DNA of 64,000 nucleotides from Fimicolochytrium jonesii (taxonomy: Eukaryota), in NCBI RefSeq assembly GCF_025526975.1, contig NW_026515696.1, positions 310,001 through 374,000 of the forward strand, in the 5' to 3' direction. A model generated the notes under the pieces. It worked only from the letters and a program-made list of their open reading frames with translations, was not told where the DNA came from and ran no database searches. The translations under genes were made by a program, and so were the position numbers. Positions 24,007 through 36,564 of this stretch are shown here, one piece after another. How positions within the stretch are numbered: position 1 is the stretch's first letter; every line of letters begins with the position of its first letter.

Positions 24007-25157
24007 CTACTGTTTCATTGTTGACGCGCGCTCGCAGAGAGGCGGGATCTGGCAATGTTGTTGGAAACGTGTTAACTGGAAACTCCTGATAAGCGACAGA
24101 ACACGTGGAGGCGTATTCTCACCTGTTCTTGCAGTGAACATCACTCTGGTGCCGCGCTTGGGGGGATCAAAGACGGAACATCCATCACAGTGGTACCTCT
24201 CGTCACACTTAGAAGAAACGTCCACCATATCGAAAAATATGCGGTTCTGTAGCTCCAACGACAAGCTGAGGAAATTGACATCGGCGTATGCGTTGCGTGG
24301 CAAAAGGCCCTTCAAGTCCTCCGACAGCACCTCGTCAAATCCATACATTTCAGCGTATAACAGGACTTTCACGCAATCATTCCCCAGGGCGGATTTCAAG
24401 AACTTGATACACTGTGACCGAAGCTTGTTGAAGGAAACGTTGAGAGGGGTTTCGCTCAGGCCCGCCATAAAGTCTTCTATGTTGCCCCAGTGCTTGCCGC
24501 GTGCCTCAAGCACCATTCTGGTCGAGTCACGGATCGCATCAGCTTGGAGATAGTCTGATGTAACGTACAGCTCGAACAGTTGGGACACGGGAACCATCGA
24601 CAAGTCGGTTAGCGGCTCGTAAATGACGTTCAGGAACGCCGTGAAATCCCGCGCCTTCAGTTCATCCATCCGGATCGGCTCGATGGATTCGACGCTTCAA
24701 GCCAGGGTCCGTCGAACATGGTGACAAAGTATTTCGAGGCCTTTTTGAGCAGAGACTTGTGTACGGCATAGACGCAATCTTCGACCACGAGCTGAACTGT
24801 GGCATTCTCGTAGAAGTGCTTTGAGCGGATCGGTGGTTCAACCGAAGACGGTGCCGTCGTGCTGGTCGCGGGAGTTTCGGTGGTCGGCGGGCCTTCGGCA
24901 ATCATATGGGCTTCTGAGCCGGTCGGTTGTGAAGATTCTGACATGCTGTCGGGAGTGTCGGTGGTCGGGAAGCTTTCGGTTATAGGTTTGAGAGCGGCAG
25001 GCTCAGACAGACTATTGGTTTCGGCTCCTTCGGCGATGACGATAGGCTGAGCGAGACTTGAGCTTCCGGATCTTTCGGCGATGAGGCTCTCGGAGCGAGC
25101 TCCGCTGCGAGCTTTCCGCACGTATGGTCCGGGTCGTAGAATGCTTTTTCTTCCCAT
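24007..25157 (-). pseudogene. BTB paralog with a single frameshift near 24670-24690
   Basis: ORF 24657-25157 (HFYENATVQLVVEDCVYAVHKSLLKKASKYFVTMFDGPWLE) and ORF 24007-24669 (ELKARDFTAFLNVIY...SDYL...YHCDGC) are the two halves of one gene. Confidence 0.82.
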
Positions 25158-26111
25158 GCTGCCTATATCGGATAGAGGTAGACTACTATACTCAGGCTAT
25201 CGTAGTACTCAATGAGGCTCGTGGGGGAAGACAAGGACGACAGCAGAGAAAGCTCGAGGATGAGGGTGACAAGCAGACGGTGAGTCACACACGCGCGGTC
25301 GAAATAGTCAAATTGACGAGGTCCTCGCAAACGACCGTTCATAGTAATGGTGGGGCAGCGTGAGGGAGTAGCATGGCAAGTCATCTGCACATGCAGGTGC
25401 TGCGGACAAACTACCGCCAAAGATTGAAATGCGGACGAGGAACGCAAACTGACGATGCGTCTCCTAAAGGCTACACAAATAGACTAGCTTCAAGAATTAT
25501 AATGAGCCGAGCACATAGCTTACGACGTGCTACCGAACGCCCAACGCATTACCGCTCTGGCTCAATGTGTCAGCCATGTGACGAGATCGATGCAAAAGTT
25601 GGAAGCCATGCAAGTACGCCCCACCAGCGAAAATTATATGGCGCTTCGAGTCTCTTCCGGGACAAGGTGTCCCACACTTTGTAATCACTGTATGATTTCC
25701 TCCCCGCCCTTCACACTTCCTGCCGACCAGCGTCGGTCAATCCGTCATCACAGAAACCATGGGATTCCAGGAAAGGGACGGTTTACAAGCATGGGACGGT
25801 TTACATGGGACGGTTTACAAGCATCAGGGACATTCTTCTCGAGATTCAGTTCCTTCACGCCGTTCTGGACAACTTTTCCACATATGCCTTTATATATACC
25901 AGGTCAGCTTCCGCTATCAAAAGAACGCAGCAACCCCCAACCCTTACGCCGCTGCAAGCACTCCACACATGCACCTCAGATGCGAAAGTTTCCGTACGTA
26001 TTGTCGTCGAGTCACTGTTTCTGCGCGAGACCGGTACGAAGAGAGCGTTTTGGCGGATTGCGTGCGGTTCCACCGTTTTTGCTGCGAACCGGGAGGAGCG
26101 GCATAAATCAT

Positions 26112-26790
26112 TCAAGACTCCGCGCTATCATGCTTCAAAAGCCGATTTTGCAGCTTGACAGAGAGCATCGGAAACATCTGGATCTTGTATGTTTCCTTGG
26201 GTGACCATTGGTTATACTCATCCGAGCGCAGCGTTTCAGCATAGAACAGAACGCGAATACAGACAGAACTCCATTCTAGAGACCAGAAACTTCACACAGT
26301 CGGCCCGAAGCCTGTTGACGCTGGGAATAGCCGGCAACTTCTTCAGCTCATACAGATACTCAGTTATATTGAACCGACGTGTCATCAGGGCTTCCTCCGT
26401 CTTCTTGGGAACAGCTCCGCTTCTAAGTGGTCGCATGTGGAAGCAGCTAAACAAAGTCGGCAGGCTCATCAGAGCCCGATCGACGCGGAACGGTTCGTAA
26501 ATGAGATCCAGAAACATCTCAAGGCCCAGGTTGGTCAGAGATTGCAGGTTGAGTGGGACAAGAGAACGCATACTGCGGTCAAAGATATATTCAGAGACCC
26601 CTGCGACTCGCGCCAAGGTCCCGTAAACATCACGACAAAATGCTTGGAGACCTTTTTGAGCGCAGATGTGTGGATCCCGAATATCGTGTTTTCGACGACG
26701 GTCTGGACTGTGGCGTCTTCCGCAGTAGTGCTCTGTTGCGCGAGTCGCGGAACCCGAGTCTGTCGAAATGTGGACGTAGAGGGAGAGGGT
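26112..26790 (-). pseudogene. Heavily decayed BTB paralog
   Basis: EDATVQTVVENTIFGIHTSALKKVSKHFVVMFTGPWRE / LNLQSLTNLGLEMFLDLIYEPF / LRADCVKFL / LSVKLQNRLL, read across different frames. Confidence 0.75.
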
Positions 26791-27036
26791 GTGAGGGTAC
26801 GACCGACGCGCTGTCGAAATCGGGTCATGGCCTGTCATTTTGGTACTGTATGTACATGTTGGATGTTCCTGTATGTAATGTTGGACAATCTGGCTGGGGC
26901 GGTAGGAGAACGGGCGGTTACGGCTTGTGTGGCCGCATGACGTTGTCCCAGCTGGTGCTGTGTTTGGTAGCAATTATCTTCGCATGGTATGCATTTACAA
27001 AAAAAGTCGCAGAACTTAGAGTCGGGAGAACTGCAT

Positions 27037-27870
27037 CTATTCGCCCCACCACCTATCTCCACAGGAGCATCTATACTTTTCCCAACGAGAAAGAGGTATA
27101 TCGCCACCCCCATAGTTGCCTCGAACCTTCCCTTTCCTGTCCTTGTGAGAAATGATTACGAGTTTTGCATAGGTGTATTTGAGCGGATCGGCCTGATATC
27201 GTAGCAGGTAGTGACGTAAGACGCCTCGGCTAGCTCTTTCGAAACGACTCTCTGACTTCTGTTTCTTCTCGAGGAAGCGAAGGGTGGCGGCTGCGTCTCC
27301 GGTGTGAATAGTTTTTGGAGCGGGGCCGGTCAGTCGTGCGAGATTCAACCCGGAGTCGAACGGATTTCTTTCAACTTCGGCATTGCATGGTATAGAGATA
27401 TCTGTCAGGTCGTCGAAGCGTTTACTGTACTCCTTTACGGCCTCCACAATGAAACCTTTTCGTGTTTTGCGGAGACCATACATGGAGTACTTGAAGTATC
27501 CGTTGCTTAACAGTCCCAGTATCCGCTTTGGCCTTCTTCATGGTAGTGTTCGTAAGTGCAGAGAAGCATGGCTGAAGGGAAGGTTGTCGTGGTAGAAGAC
27601 GACTGAGGCTGATATCCCTTGAATCAACCAAATAGAAGTTCGTTAGGTTCGATAACGCACAGCTTCCGGAACACTCCTTCAAACGTTCTCTACGCGAGCT
27701 GATCTTCTCTGATAAGGTGATCTGGGCATCTTGGGCATAGCACATCGGGCATATTTATGCGAGGTGCCTAGTCTGAGTCAACCCGCCGAAATCTGTAATA
27801 TTCAAGGTAGTCACTATACGCAACGTGATACACGTAAGATACTAAGAAGACCATACATGTACAGTAGGTG
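27037..27870 (-). pseudogene. Decayed coding relic, unidentified (weak F-box-like motif at its 5' end)
   Basis: Protein-like ORF fragments 27037-27483 and upstream YYRFRRVDSD*; interrupted by stops. Confidence 0.25.
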
Positions 27871-27938
27871 GCTATGCTGGGTTGCCCTGAGCCCAGCCCG
27901 TCAAAGCCTTGCCTGCATCGGTCTATCTTGCTCTCACA

Positions 27939-29081
27939 ATGGACGGTCGCAAGTTCGAGGATGACTTGCGCGAACTCATCGATTACTTCTGGCCCGTCCA
28001 ACTCTCCAACGCCTCTACCGGCACGAAACACACGAGGAGACATTACAAGCCAACCTTCAGAGCGCTCAAGAAATGCTGGACGATCAACGTGTACACCAGC
28101 AAAGTGTGCAAGCTGATCTGGCTGAAGCCAGGGAGACCATCGAAGAAGCACAAAACCGGATCGACGAGCCCAACAAGGCGACCGAAGCGCGATCCGAAGA
28201 AATCGAACAGCAACGAGCTGCGATAGCGGAGGCCGAAAGAAATATCACAAATTATGACAACCAGTTGAGGCAGTCAACCGAAGCGCAGCGTGAACTCGAA
28301 GCACCTTTAGCAGCGCGAACGACCGAATTGGATACGGTTGCAGATTACGTTTCCAGCATGGCCGAAGTCGTTTGCCACAGGAACCAGCTCCTGATAGGAG
28401 CGGGTCAAGATTCGCCGGCTGTGCGGACAAGATACGACAGAATACAAGATCTTGGTTTGGGGGGTTTGATTGGTAAATATTCCAACCATCTTCTGCTAGG
28501 TTGTGCCCACTCTGACCCAAATGAACGTTGTAGGAAGCCCACAAGCCTCAATTCAAGATGCGCCCCGGGCGTCAAGCTCCTCCTCTTCCTCCGCCCCACC
28601 CACCCAGCCGATCCGACTGTAGCCATACATCAGTGTAGAGGCTACCTGGCTGCACATCGTGCAGTCGGTGCGACAGATCATCCAGAGCGGCGTCTGGGTG
28701 CCGCTCTTGCCCGGCGAGATGCACTCGACTGTAGGCGTCGGCGAGAGCCCGCTCTCCACCGTGCGCAGGATTGCAAAGCGTACACTGTCGGAGCAGCGCC
28801 GGCTGAACGAGATGATCCAAGATGTCCGCGAGACGGCGTCCGTGCTACTCACGGACCACGGCGGCATGCCGCACGACTACGACCCACAGCACGCGTTCGA
28901 CGTGGTTACAGCGTTTGGCGCACGCATCATGGAGCCGGTGCGCCTCGCCAAGCGGCACGCGGTCAGCGAGGAGCAGCTGCGCGACTCGATCCAAGCGCTG
29001 CAGCGCTCTCTGTCGGAGCTGAAGGCGATCGTGCGCCAGTACACGTCCACGCCTGTACGCCCGGCGCGCACCGGGTTCTAA
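27939..29081 (+). pseudogene. Coiled-coil protein gene with one frameshift, one intron (28473-28533) and an in-frame TAG at 28620
   Basis: Heptad-rich E/Q/A segment. The GTAAAT...CTGAC...TAG intron joins ORF 28073 in frame to ORF 28659, except for one TAG. Confidence 0.55.
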
Positions 29082-29501
29082 ACACGGGCGTGGAGGCGCG
29101 TTCCGGGGCTCTAGGCTGAACGTGGGGGCCGGCACATGAATGAATCTATACGTATATTCCATCTGGGTTATGGATTAGGTGATATTTATAAACTCTGTCG
29201 CCATCTGTCTGTACATGACTCGAGGTCAAGTTTCCCACAGATATCATAACATCGTAACATCATCATGTAAACAACGCTACGGCCCAGCTAGTCCAGCGAC
29301 TTCCGTGCGTGTTCATGTCTGCTCGATGTCAAAGTTTGTCGCTCCGGATCGAGAACCCCCTCCCACTCATCCCATAGGTGGCCGATTCTCTCGACACTTT
29401 AGGATGTAATAGTATAAAAGGCGTAAGAACGTTCAACTCGCGAGACATCATGAATTTGAGTGGGAGACCTTCATCACGGGTGAAAAACCAAGACGACGTC
29501 C

Positions 29502-30123
29502 ATGTACCCAGAATTGATCGAGATGGTTCCTACGTTCGATAGTCTGGACCTGAGAAGTATAGAGAAGAGCACATCCGATCCCTCAAGAATCATGTACAAG
29601 GGCACACGCCTTCTCTTGCGAAGCCGCATCGAGTTGGACATGGAGACCGGGAACACAAGGGTTGCAGAAGGTGTTCATACGCTGAACGAACGTCTCGAAG
29701 AATTGAACGTACAGGTTGAGTTTTCAGATCTAATCTTCGAGGATTCGGTGCTCCTCATTGAGAAACAAGGTACATCCTTTGATACCATAAATTCCGAGGC
29801 GATTCTCGATCTTATGGTGGAGAAGTGGCCCTGCGAAGCAATCTTGCGACTGGCCAATGATGATGACTACTTATACAACGAGGATACGGACACAGAATCC
29901 TCCGCGGGGGAACCAGGACCTCACCTCCTGTGTATGGAGGCCCTTATCTTTCCAACCTACACGTCGCCCCAAGCACCGGCTGCTCGACCGTGTGGAATAC
30001 ATTGAGGAGGTTTTATCAAGGCCTAATCATCTTGGCAGCGTGCAAGGTTGGGTCAAGATGATGCAGGACAATTGGACCGACAAACCGATGGAAAGAAATG
30101 GTAACACCCCACCAACAAACTAA
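29502..30123 (+). CDS. Hypothetical acidic protein, probably frameshifted near 29930-29980
   Basis: 167-aa ORF preceded by TATAAAA (29413); protein-like sequence continues in ORF 29857-30123. Confidence 0.4.
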
Positions 30124-31125
30124 TCTTTGAGGGAAGTAACTGCTTTTTGTTACGCCCATGGTATGTGTGTGGCTGAACAGGGCTGTAGACCCTGTTGGCC
30201 GTAGCGCGACAGGGTGATGGGACTGGTCTGGGATTGCTCGACGTCAGAACGGAATGGATATCCAGATTTCGAGCACGGTTTTAGCGGAGCATTGGAAAAG
30301 CCAGGCGTTTGAGACACCACCGACGCGCTGTCGAATTCCGGTCATTTTGTTATGTACGAGATCAAACAGTCGGTCAATCAGTTCATATTGCAAGGATGCA
30401 CAGGCAAAGCTGGGTTGTGGAGCGACACAGGATTGCGAGATTCAATCTCCCACAATCATCGAGGTGGTCTCCAACCCTCAGCCATGTCTGCGCATCTCGA
30501 GCCCGGACGTGTAAATCTCGCCATTGGACGATCCCAAGGCGCAATTCGCATTCGTGTGTGGACAGACAACCGCTGGGCAATGTGCCACGCAGTGAAGCAC
30601 AGGATATTCAAGGTTCACCACCTCGGCATGAAGCAATTGTGCTTCGAGAACAGGCAAACATGTTCGGGGAACTGTGCCGATGCCAACTCTGCGACCCCAC
30701 CGAAATATAGAAGCCCCTTAGTTCCGCTCTTCAAACGCCCCGACTCATGACCATGTGTGTATCAGTGAAAGTTGCGTGGAGTGGAGAACTCTCTAGGTGG
30801 CTGATGGGACCCAGTGAACGAGCCATCGGTCATCATCGGGAGCAATGCAAATCATAGGGAAACGGGCCTGACGGCGACTTCCAACAGCGCGGCGGTGAAC
30901 GTGTCGGCCTGTGGAGGTATGCACAAGCCTTCTCGTGTCCTACCCACCCGCCAACCGAGACAGGGACAAGCGATGCGTCCGCGGTGTCTGCATTCAGGTA
31001 GACAGACCTCACCAGGTGCATCTTCTGTTTCACTTCGCTAAGGGGCTTCCCCCTCACCGTCTGTTCCGACCTAGGAAACCACGCAGTTTCCCATCACCGC
31101 CCTCGTTGACTTGAAGTTTGTCGGA

Positions 31126-31260
31126 ATGCCCGACAACGGAACCCCCGATCCCGAAACGGATCCAATCTCACACGAACACCCGCACCCGCTCAGCGAAATA
31201 TAATCACGAGGATGCGTCCGTGGGTATCGTTGTGTGCAAGACACTGTTTTCGCCGTTCAC
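31126..31260 (+). pseudogene. 5' fragment of a BTB paralog
   Basis: MPDNGTPDPETDPISH / TRSAKYNHEDASVGIVV / QDTVFAVH, with two frameshifts. It parallels MSDGEKPESETDSTSH...RSTKHYYEDATVYVVVEDTVYAVH of the 22407 gene. Confidence 0.7.
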
Positions 31261-32077
31261 CCTTTCAACCTCGGCCGTGTAAGCCGAAGCCCACCCCTGA
31301 CTTCGGGGTCCATCTGCAAAGATATGAACAAAGCAGCCCTTCTCGCTACTCTCGGCCGTCCTATATTGGCTACTAAACCGCAAATTGGCCACCCGCTCAG
31401 CATCCTGAAGCTCTCCAGGCCGCTCTTCCACGCCGGAGTGCTTGCAAGCCCACGAGGTCCCCAAACGAATGCCGGGGAAGACACTTCCGGAGCGCGGCGA
31501 TAACGTGCGACAGAGCATCCCCGGATTCCGTCGAAGCGGGTTCCAACCCACCTATGGTCACGGGTCTGGTAACCCGGTCAGGGGCTGTGAAAACGTCCTC
31601 AGGTCAGGGTATTCCGGTGGGGTCTGAGTTCGCCAGACCAAGATCTTTCACTCAGGCCCATGAACGGCCGAATTGCGCCCCCGTGATCTGTACAGGGATC
31701 CGTACTTCCCCAGACGCCCCACGTAGAATTTCCACAACGCACACCACAACCCGCGGGCACGAGTAGAGAAGACCACCGGCAGACCATCGATTCAAACATT
31801 ACCCGCACACCGGAAAAGAAATGTAAACAAAAAGCGATGATACCAAAACAAAGCTGAGGGGGGCGGGAACGAAAACTAATGGAAGCTGTACTGTACACCC
31901 CGTCCCCTCGCCTTTCGCTTCCAAAAACAGGAATGGAGTCACACTGGGATTACGGAACGGCCGCCTTGGCTAACAGGTGTGTGTTCCCAACCCCATCCAA
32001 AACACAAAAACACCACCGCGTACAACGACACGATCAAAGAGATGCGAGGGACGATTTCGGCGGACCGCTACCGCGGG

Positions 32078-33303
32078 TTAGTGCGGCCGAGTGGCATACA
32101 ACGTCGGATCCAGGGTCATGATACGCTGCTGGGTTTGCTCCGGGGTAAGGTCGTGTGCGTTGGGGGGCATGAAGATGACCTTCGTGTCCGCGCGGCCGGC
32201 CATGCTGTTCAGCGTTTCCAGGTAGCGGATTTGCATCGCCTGTGAAAAAAAAAATATCAAAGGGGGGGGGGTGTTAGTGTGTGAAGAGGTGTGAGGGGGC
32301 AAGCGGGAACTGGGACTTACGGCCGGCGTGTTGAGGATATCCGAAGCCTCTCGCATAAGTTTCGCGCTCTCGACCTCCGCTCTCGCCGCGATGATCTTAC
32401 TCTCGCCCAACCGTTGCTGTTTCGCGGCGGAACTCAGCGTCTGCTGCAACTCTTGCGAAAAGTTCATGTCTTTGATCAAGATGCTCTCGACTTTGACCCC
32501 CCACGTGCTCGCGGGCCCCTCCACAATGAGCTGAATCTCCTGCGCAACCGTCTCGCGTTGTTCAATCACCGTCTGGATATCCCTCGCGCCCACGATCTGT
32601 CTCAGCGTGGTTTGAGTTCGCTCAACGAGAGCTTTGCGGACGTCGTTGACGAGGAACGCGGCGGTGTAGGGGTCGATGATGTGCCAGTAGAGCACGCTGT
32701 CGATCATGACGAGGACGTTGTCTTTGGACATGACGGATTGGGTCGGGATCGACTCGATCTGGATCTTGACGTTGAGGCGTTGGATTGTTTCGGTTATGGG
32801 GTTGATTTCGTGCAGGCCGGGGTCGACGCTGGTGGAAATTTCGAATGGAAGATGTGAGATAGGTTTTCCTCCGACATGGAATCTTTGCGGGATGTTTCGG
32901 AAACGAACAGCGAACATCTCTTGATGTGAACATACCTCTTATAATACCGCCCAAACCTCGTAATCAAGCCCACGTTGCCTTGCTCCACCGTCTTATACGG
33001 GTTCGGGAAACACACACAGAGAGGTATACTGCCCACCCCGCCCAAAACGCCGCCAATGCAACTCATCATGCTCTCATACCACCCATACGCCTCCTTCGGC
33101 AGCGGGATCTCTTTTGCGTAGGACTGCTGCATGGGGAACATGGGGGGAGGGGTGGCTTCGTGGGCGCGGGGTTGCTGGGTGGTGATTTGCATTGGGTCGT
33201 TGGAGAAGGGGGGGAGGGTTGGGGCGATGGCGCGTTTGGAGGTGGAGGAGGGGTGCAGGGGGCTGCGGGGGTCGACGAGGTTTGTTTGGGATGAGGAGGA
33301 CAT
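32078..33303 (-). CDS. Stomatin / band-7 (SPFH) family protein; 3 exons (33303-32936, 32828-32321, 32239-32078)
   Basis: VEQGNVGLITRFGRY, QSVMSKDNVLVMIDSVLYW, TQTTLRQIVG, WGVKVESILIKD, KIIAARAEVESAKLMREA, AMQIRYLETL. Two GT-AG introns restore the frame. Confidence 0.92.
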
Positions 33304-34616
33304 GAGGGTTGGTTGTGTGATGGTGATGGCCGGGGTGTGGAGGAGGTGTGAAGTGGCTTTTTCCGCGTGTGCGTTTTGCGCCTCGAAACACTTGGGGGTT
33401 ACTTCAGGTGAGAAGGTCAAGGCACACTTGGGACTACGACTCTACGAGACTATGGATGGGTGCGACGGGAAGTTGAACTGTGTTCTTGGCGATGGAAAGC
33501 CTCCCGAGCCCTTTTTATCTTGGCGTCGGTGCACATAGTAGGTACAGTATGTACAGTATGTGCTCTTTTTTTCCATCGACATGCTACTGCTGCTCGACCC
33601 CCCAACAAGTCGTCACGGGCAAAGGGGGTGGGGAAAGGCATATGCATGTGCAATGTAGTGTACAACAGGCCGCTGCCATAGGACGCCCACCTGCCAAGGG
33701 GTCCGGCACAAAATGACATAAAAGTTGGCGAAGGGGCCAAGTAGGCACACTATGCATCATACAAAAGCCCGTGAAGAGACGTAGAGATGGAGCAGGGACA
33801 AGAGAGAACACCGCTCGTTTTGCCAAGTCACTTTGAGTTTGTTTGCCAAGTCAACCACCCCGCCTACATACGTTAGCTTGCCTACTCACATGGACACCCG
33901 GATGTACAGTATGTATGCCACACACTTACAATACCGCCCTGCATGACGGCCTGCTGCTTGACGTACTGTACAGTATTGCTACCTGCTTCCCACCCGGGCC
34001 ACTTCGTTCCTTCATGCGAGTTCATCCGTTGTCGACTCGCCGTAGTAGGGTACCGCCAAGTTCCTAAGGAATGTGTCGTGCGTACGGCCCCAAATGAGTG
34101 TCATTTTTGATCATTATACAGTAGATCCCGCCGTTCGGCCGCATGTAAAAACGACAACCACCGCGGCAAACGGCCATGTTCGGAGACCTGTTGCGCGGCG
34201 ATTTCGCACTGGTATGCATGTATGTATGCATGTATGTATGTAGTGGATCGCTTTTATTGTTTCCTTCCGGTCTATCATACTACGAGCCTGTGCATGTAGT
34301 CGCTCGTCGGAGAGAGACGGAGACAACTTCGGTCAACACCCTGTAAGTGAGTGAGTAGTTCCAACTCCGCCCCTCCGTGCCCCTCCGACGTGGATCAAGC
34401 GATGGATTCCCAAAAGCGGATGGATGCAAGAAGGTTCTTGTTTCCCAGATCCAGTTTGGGCGGGGGGGCGGGGAGAATTGAGTGTATTCTTAGCACTCCT
34501 CGCCCGCCTTTGACTACTATCATCTGTACTATGTTTGGGGGGGAGATTACTTATGAGAGGGTGAGTCACTCCCTGCCACTCCAACTGTCCGCTGTCCAAA
34601 GAGCCCCCTCCCCCTC

Positions 34617-34650
<34 letters not shown>
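34617..34650. repeat. (AG)n microsatellite
   Basis: Directly visible, with one interruption. Confidence 0.85.
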
Positions 34651-34651
<1 letters not shown>

Positions 34652-34781
34652 AAGTCGTACTGAGCACGCAGCCTTCACTCAACAGCGTTCTTCCCCACTC
34701 CCTCCCATACATACAGTACATACATACTCACTCACTCCCTCCTTCTCCCGCCCTCCTCCTTTACTCACCCCCCCGCCCAAC

Positions 34782-36564
34782 ATGTCGCCCTCAACAACAA
34801 CAACCTCCTCCGGGACGCCACAGAGGTTCCCTTACTACTCTCCCCCCGCTCCCTACAACACAGACTCAGACTCAGACTCAGACTCCCTCCTCGCTCACAA
34901 CCAGCACTGGGCTTACCCTACTCCACAGCAACACTATCACTCAAACCGCCGCCGCTGCAAAACCATAACCGCAACCCTCAGGCTCCGTGAAACCCTCTCC
35001 TCCCGCCACAACTCAACAACATTCTCAACAAGCTCAGCAGCACACTCTTATGCAACTCGCAAACTCCCAGGCTCTTTCCACCACTCCCCACAACACATCG
35101 ATACTACCGGTTACGACAAGATATTCGCCGCTGAATGGTTGGACGACGAGAACGTCGTGGTTGGGACAAAGTGTGGGAAACTTGTCGTTTGTGACGTGGA
35201 TAAGGGGAGGAGGGTGGAGATTCCCACCGTAAGGGACCTACAATGGGGGACGCATTCGGAGGTGAGTGACGAGAGCGATAGCGAGCGTCAGAACTTTTAG
35301 CGAGCGGAGCGATGCAGGGTATTGTTCAACCAACCAACCTTCGCTTCGCAACCTCCCAACAATCGCTTCGCAGCCACCCATCGTACTTGGTGGACTGACG
35401 AATTTTTCCCATTTTCATTAGGAATCCGCTGGGGGAGGCTCAGGCTCAGGGATCCGATGCATTGCGATCAATCCATCGCGGACACTCATCGCCGTCGGAG
35501 TCGGGTTCCCCTTAGGATGCGTTGAAATATTCAGCCTACCATCCTTCCAAGTCGTCGGAGTACTTCAAGGCCACGAAGATCTCGTCTTTTCGCTCGCCTG
35601 GATCTCCGATACCTGCCTCGCTACGGGATCAAGAGACGCTACCATCGCCTTATGGGACGTCGATTGCAACTGCGACGGTCACATCCAACCCACACGGCGA
35701 ATCGTATCCCCCTCCTCCTTCGGTGCCCCCTACAGCATCCACACCCCAACCTTCCGCGCCCAAAAACACCGCGACCGCGTCCGCGACCTCCACTACTCCC
35801 CCACCACCCACACCCTCGCCACCCTCAGCACCGACGGCCTCCTCAAACTCTGGGACTGCCGCACAACAGCGACAACCCACTCCTTACCCCCAACAACAAC
35901 ATCCACAATCATCCTCCGATACCGTGACGAACTCACCTGTCTCGCCCAGGACTCTTCACAGAATACAAACCTGTACGCGGTGGGGTCAGCAGCAAAAGTA
36001 TCCATCATCGACCCACGCATCAACACCGTAGCCACAGCGTTCGATTCATGCGACGACGGCTGGGGCGTGCGTTCCCTCCTCTTCAAAGGCGAGATGGTCG
36101 TCGTCGGCGGCGGAAAAGGCCGTATCGCCTTCTGGGACGCCCGCGCAGCCAAATACATCTCCTGGGTCGAGTCCCCCCCCACTTCCTCAACCTCACAACA
36201 ACCCACCGCCGCTCCCAATGACGCAAATGACAACTCCTCCGAAGAAGAAGAAACACTAAGCACACCCGAATCTCATGCCCCGCCCTCCCTCACGCGGACA
36301 CCCACCCTCCATCCGCACCGCCGTCTCTCCACGCATCTGCTCACCCACCTGCCTGCGAACCATACGGCGTGGCATACGACGGGGGAGGGGTATCTGTTAC
36401 CGAACGAGGTGTGGAGAAGTCATTTTAGGGGCTATGCGGTGAAGAACGCGCCGTATGTGATGCGGTTTGCTGAACGGGGAGGCGTGGGATTGGGAAGATT
36501 GTTTGTGGCTGGCGGGCCGTTGCAGGTCAATTTGGAGGGGAGTTGGGCGGGCGTTTTTTGGTAG
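34782..36564 (+). CDS. WD40 repeat protein, DCAF12/WDR40-like; 2 exons (34782-35261, 35422-36564)
   Basis: DKIFAAEWLDDENVVVGTKCGKL, GIRCIAINPSRTLIAVG, GHEDLVFSLAWISD...TGSRD, GWGVRSL, RIAFWDAR, LFVAGGPL...GSWAGVFW resemble DCAF12 as recalled. Intron GTGAGT...CTGAC...TTAG. Confidence 0.8.

Noticed and set aside
30254..30750. FGELCRCQLC resembling a post-SET motif
   Set aside because: No upstream SET signature (NHSCxPN, ELxxxY) was found; a single short match only.
18079..31260. Endogenous giant-virus origin of the intronless BTB cluster
   Set aside because: No viral hallmark genes (capsid, PolB, packaging ATPase) and no high gene density; not supportable from this window.
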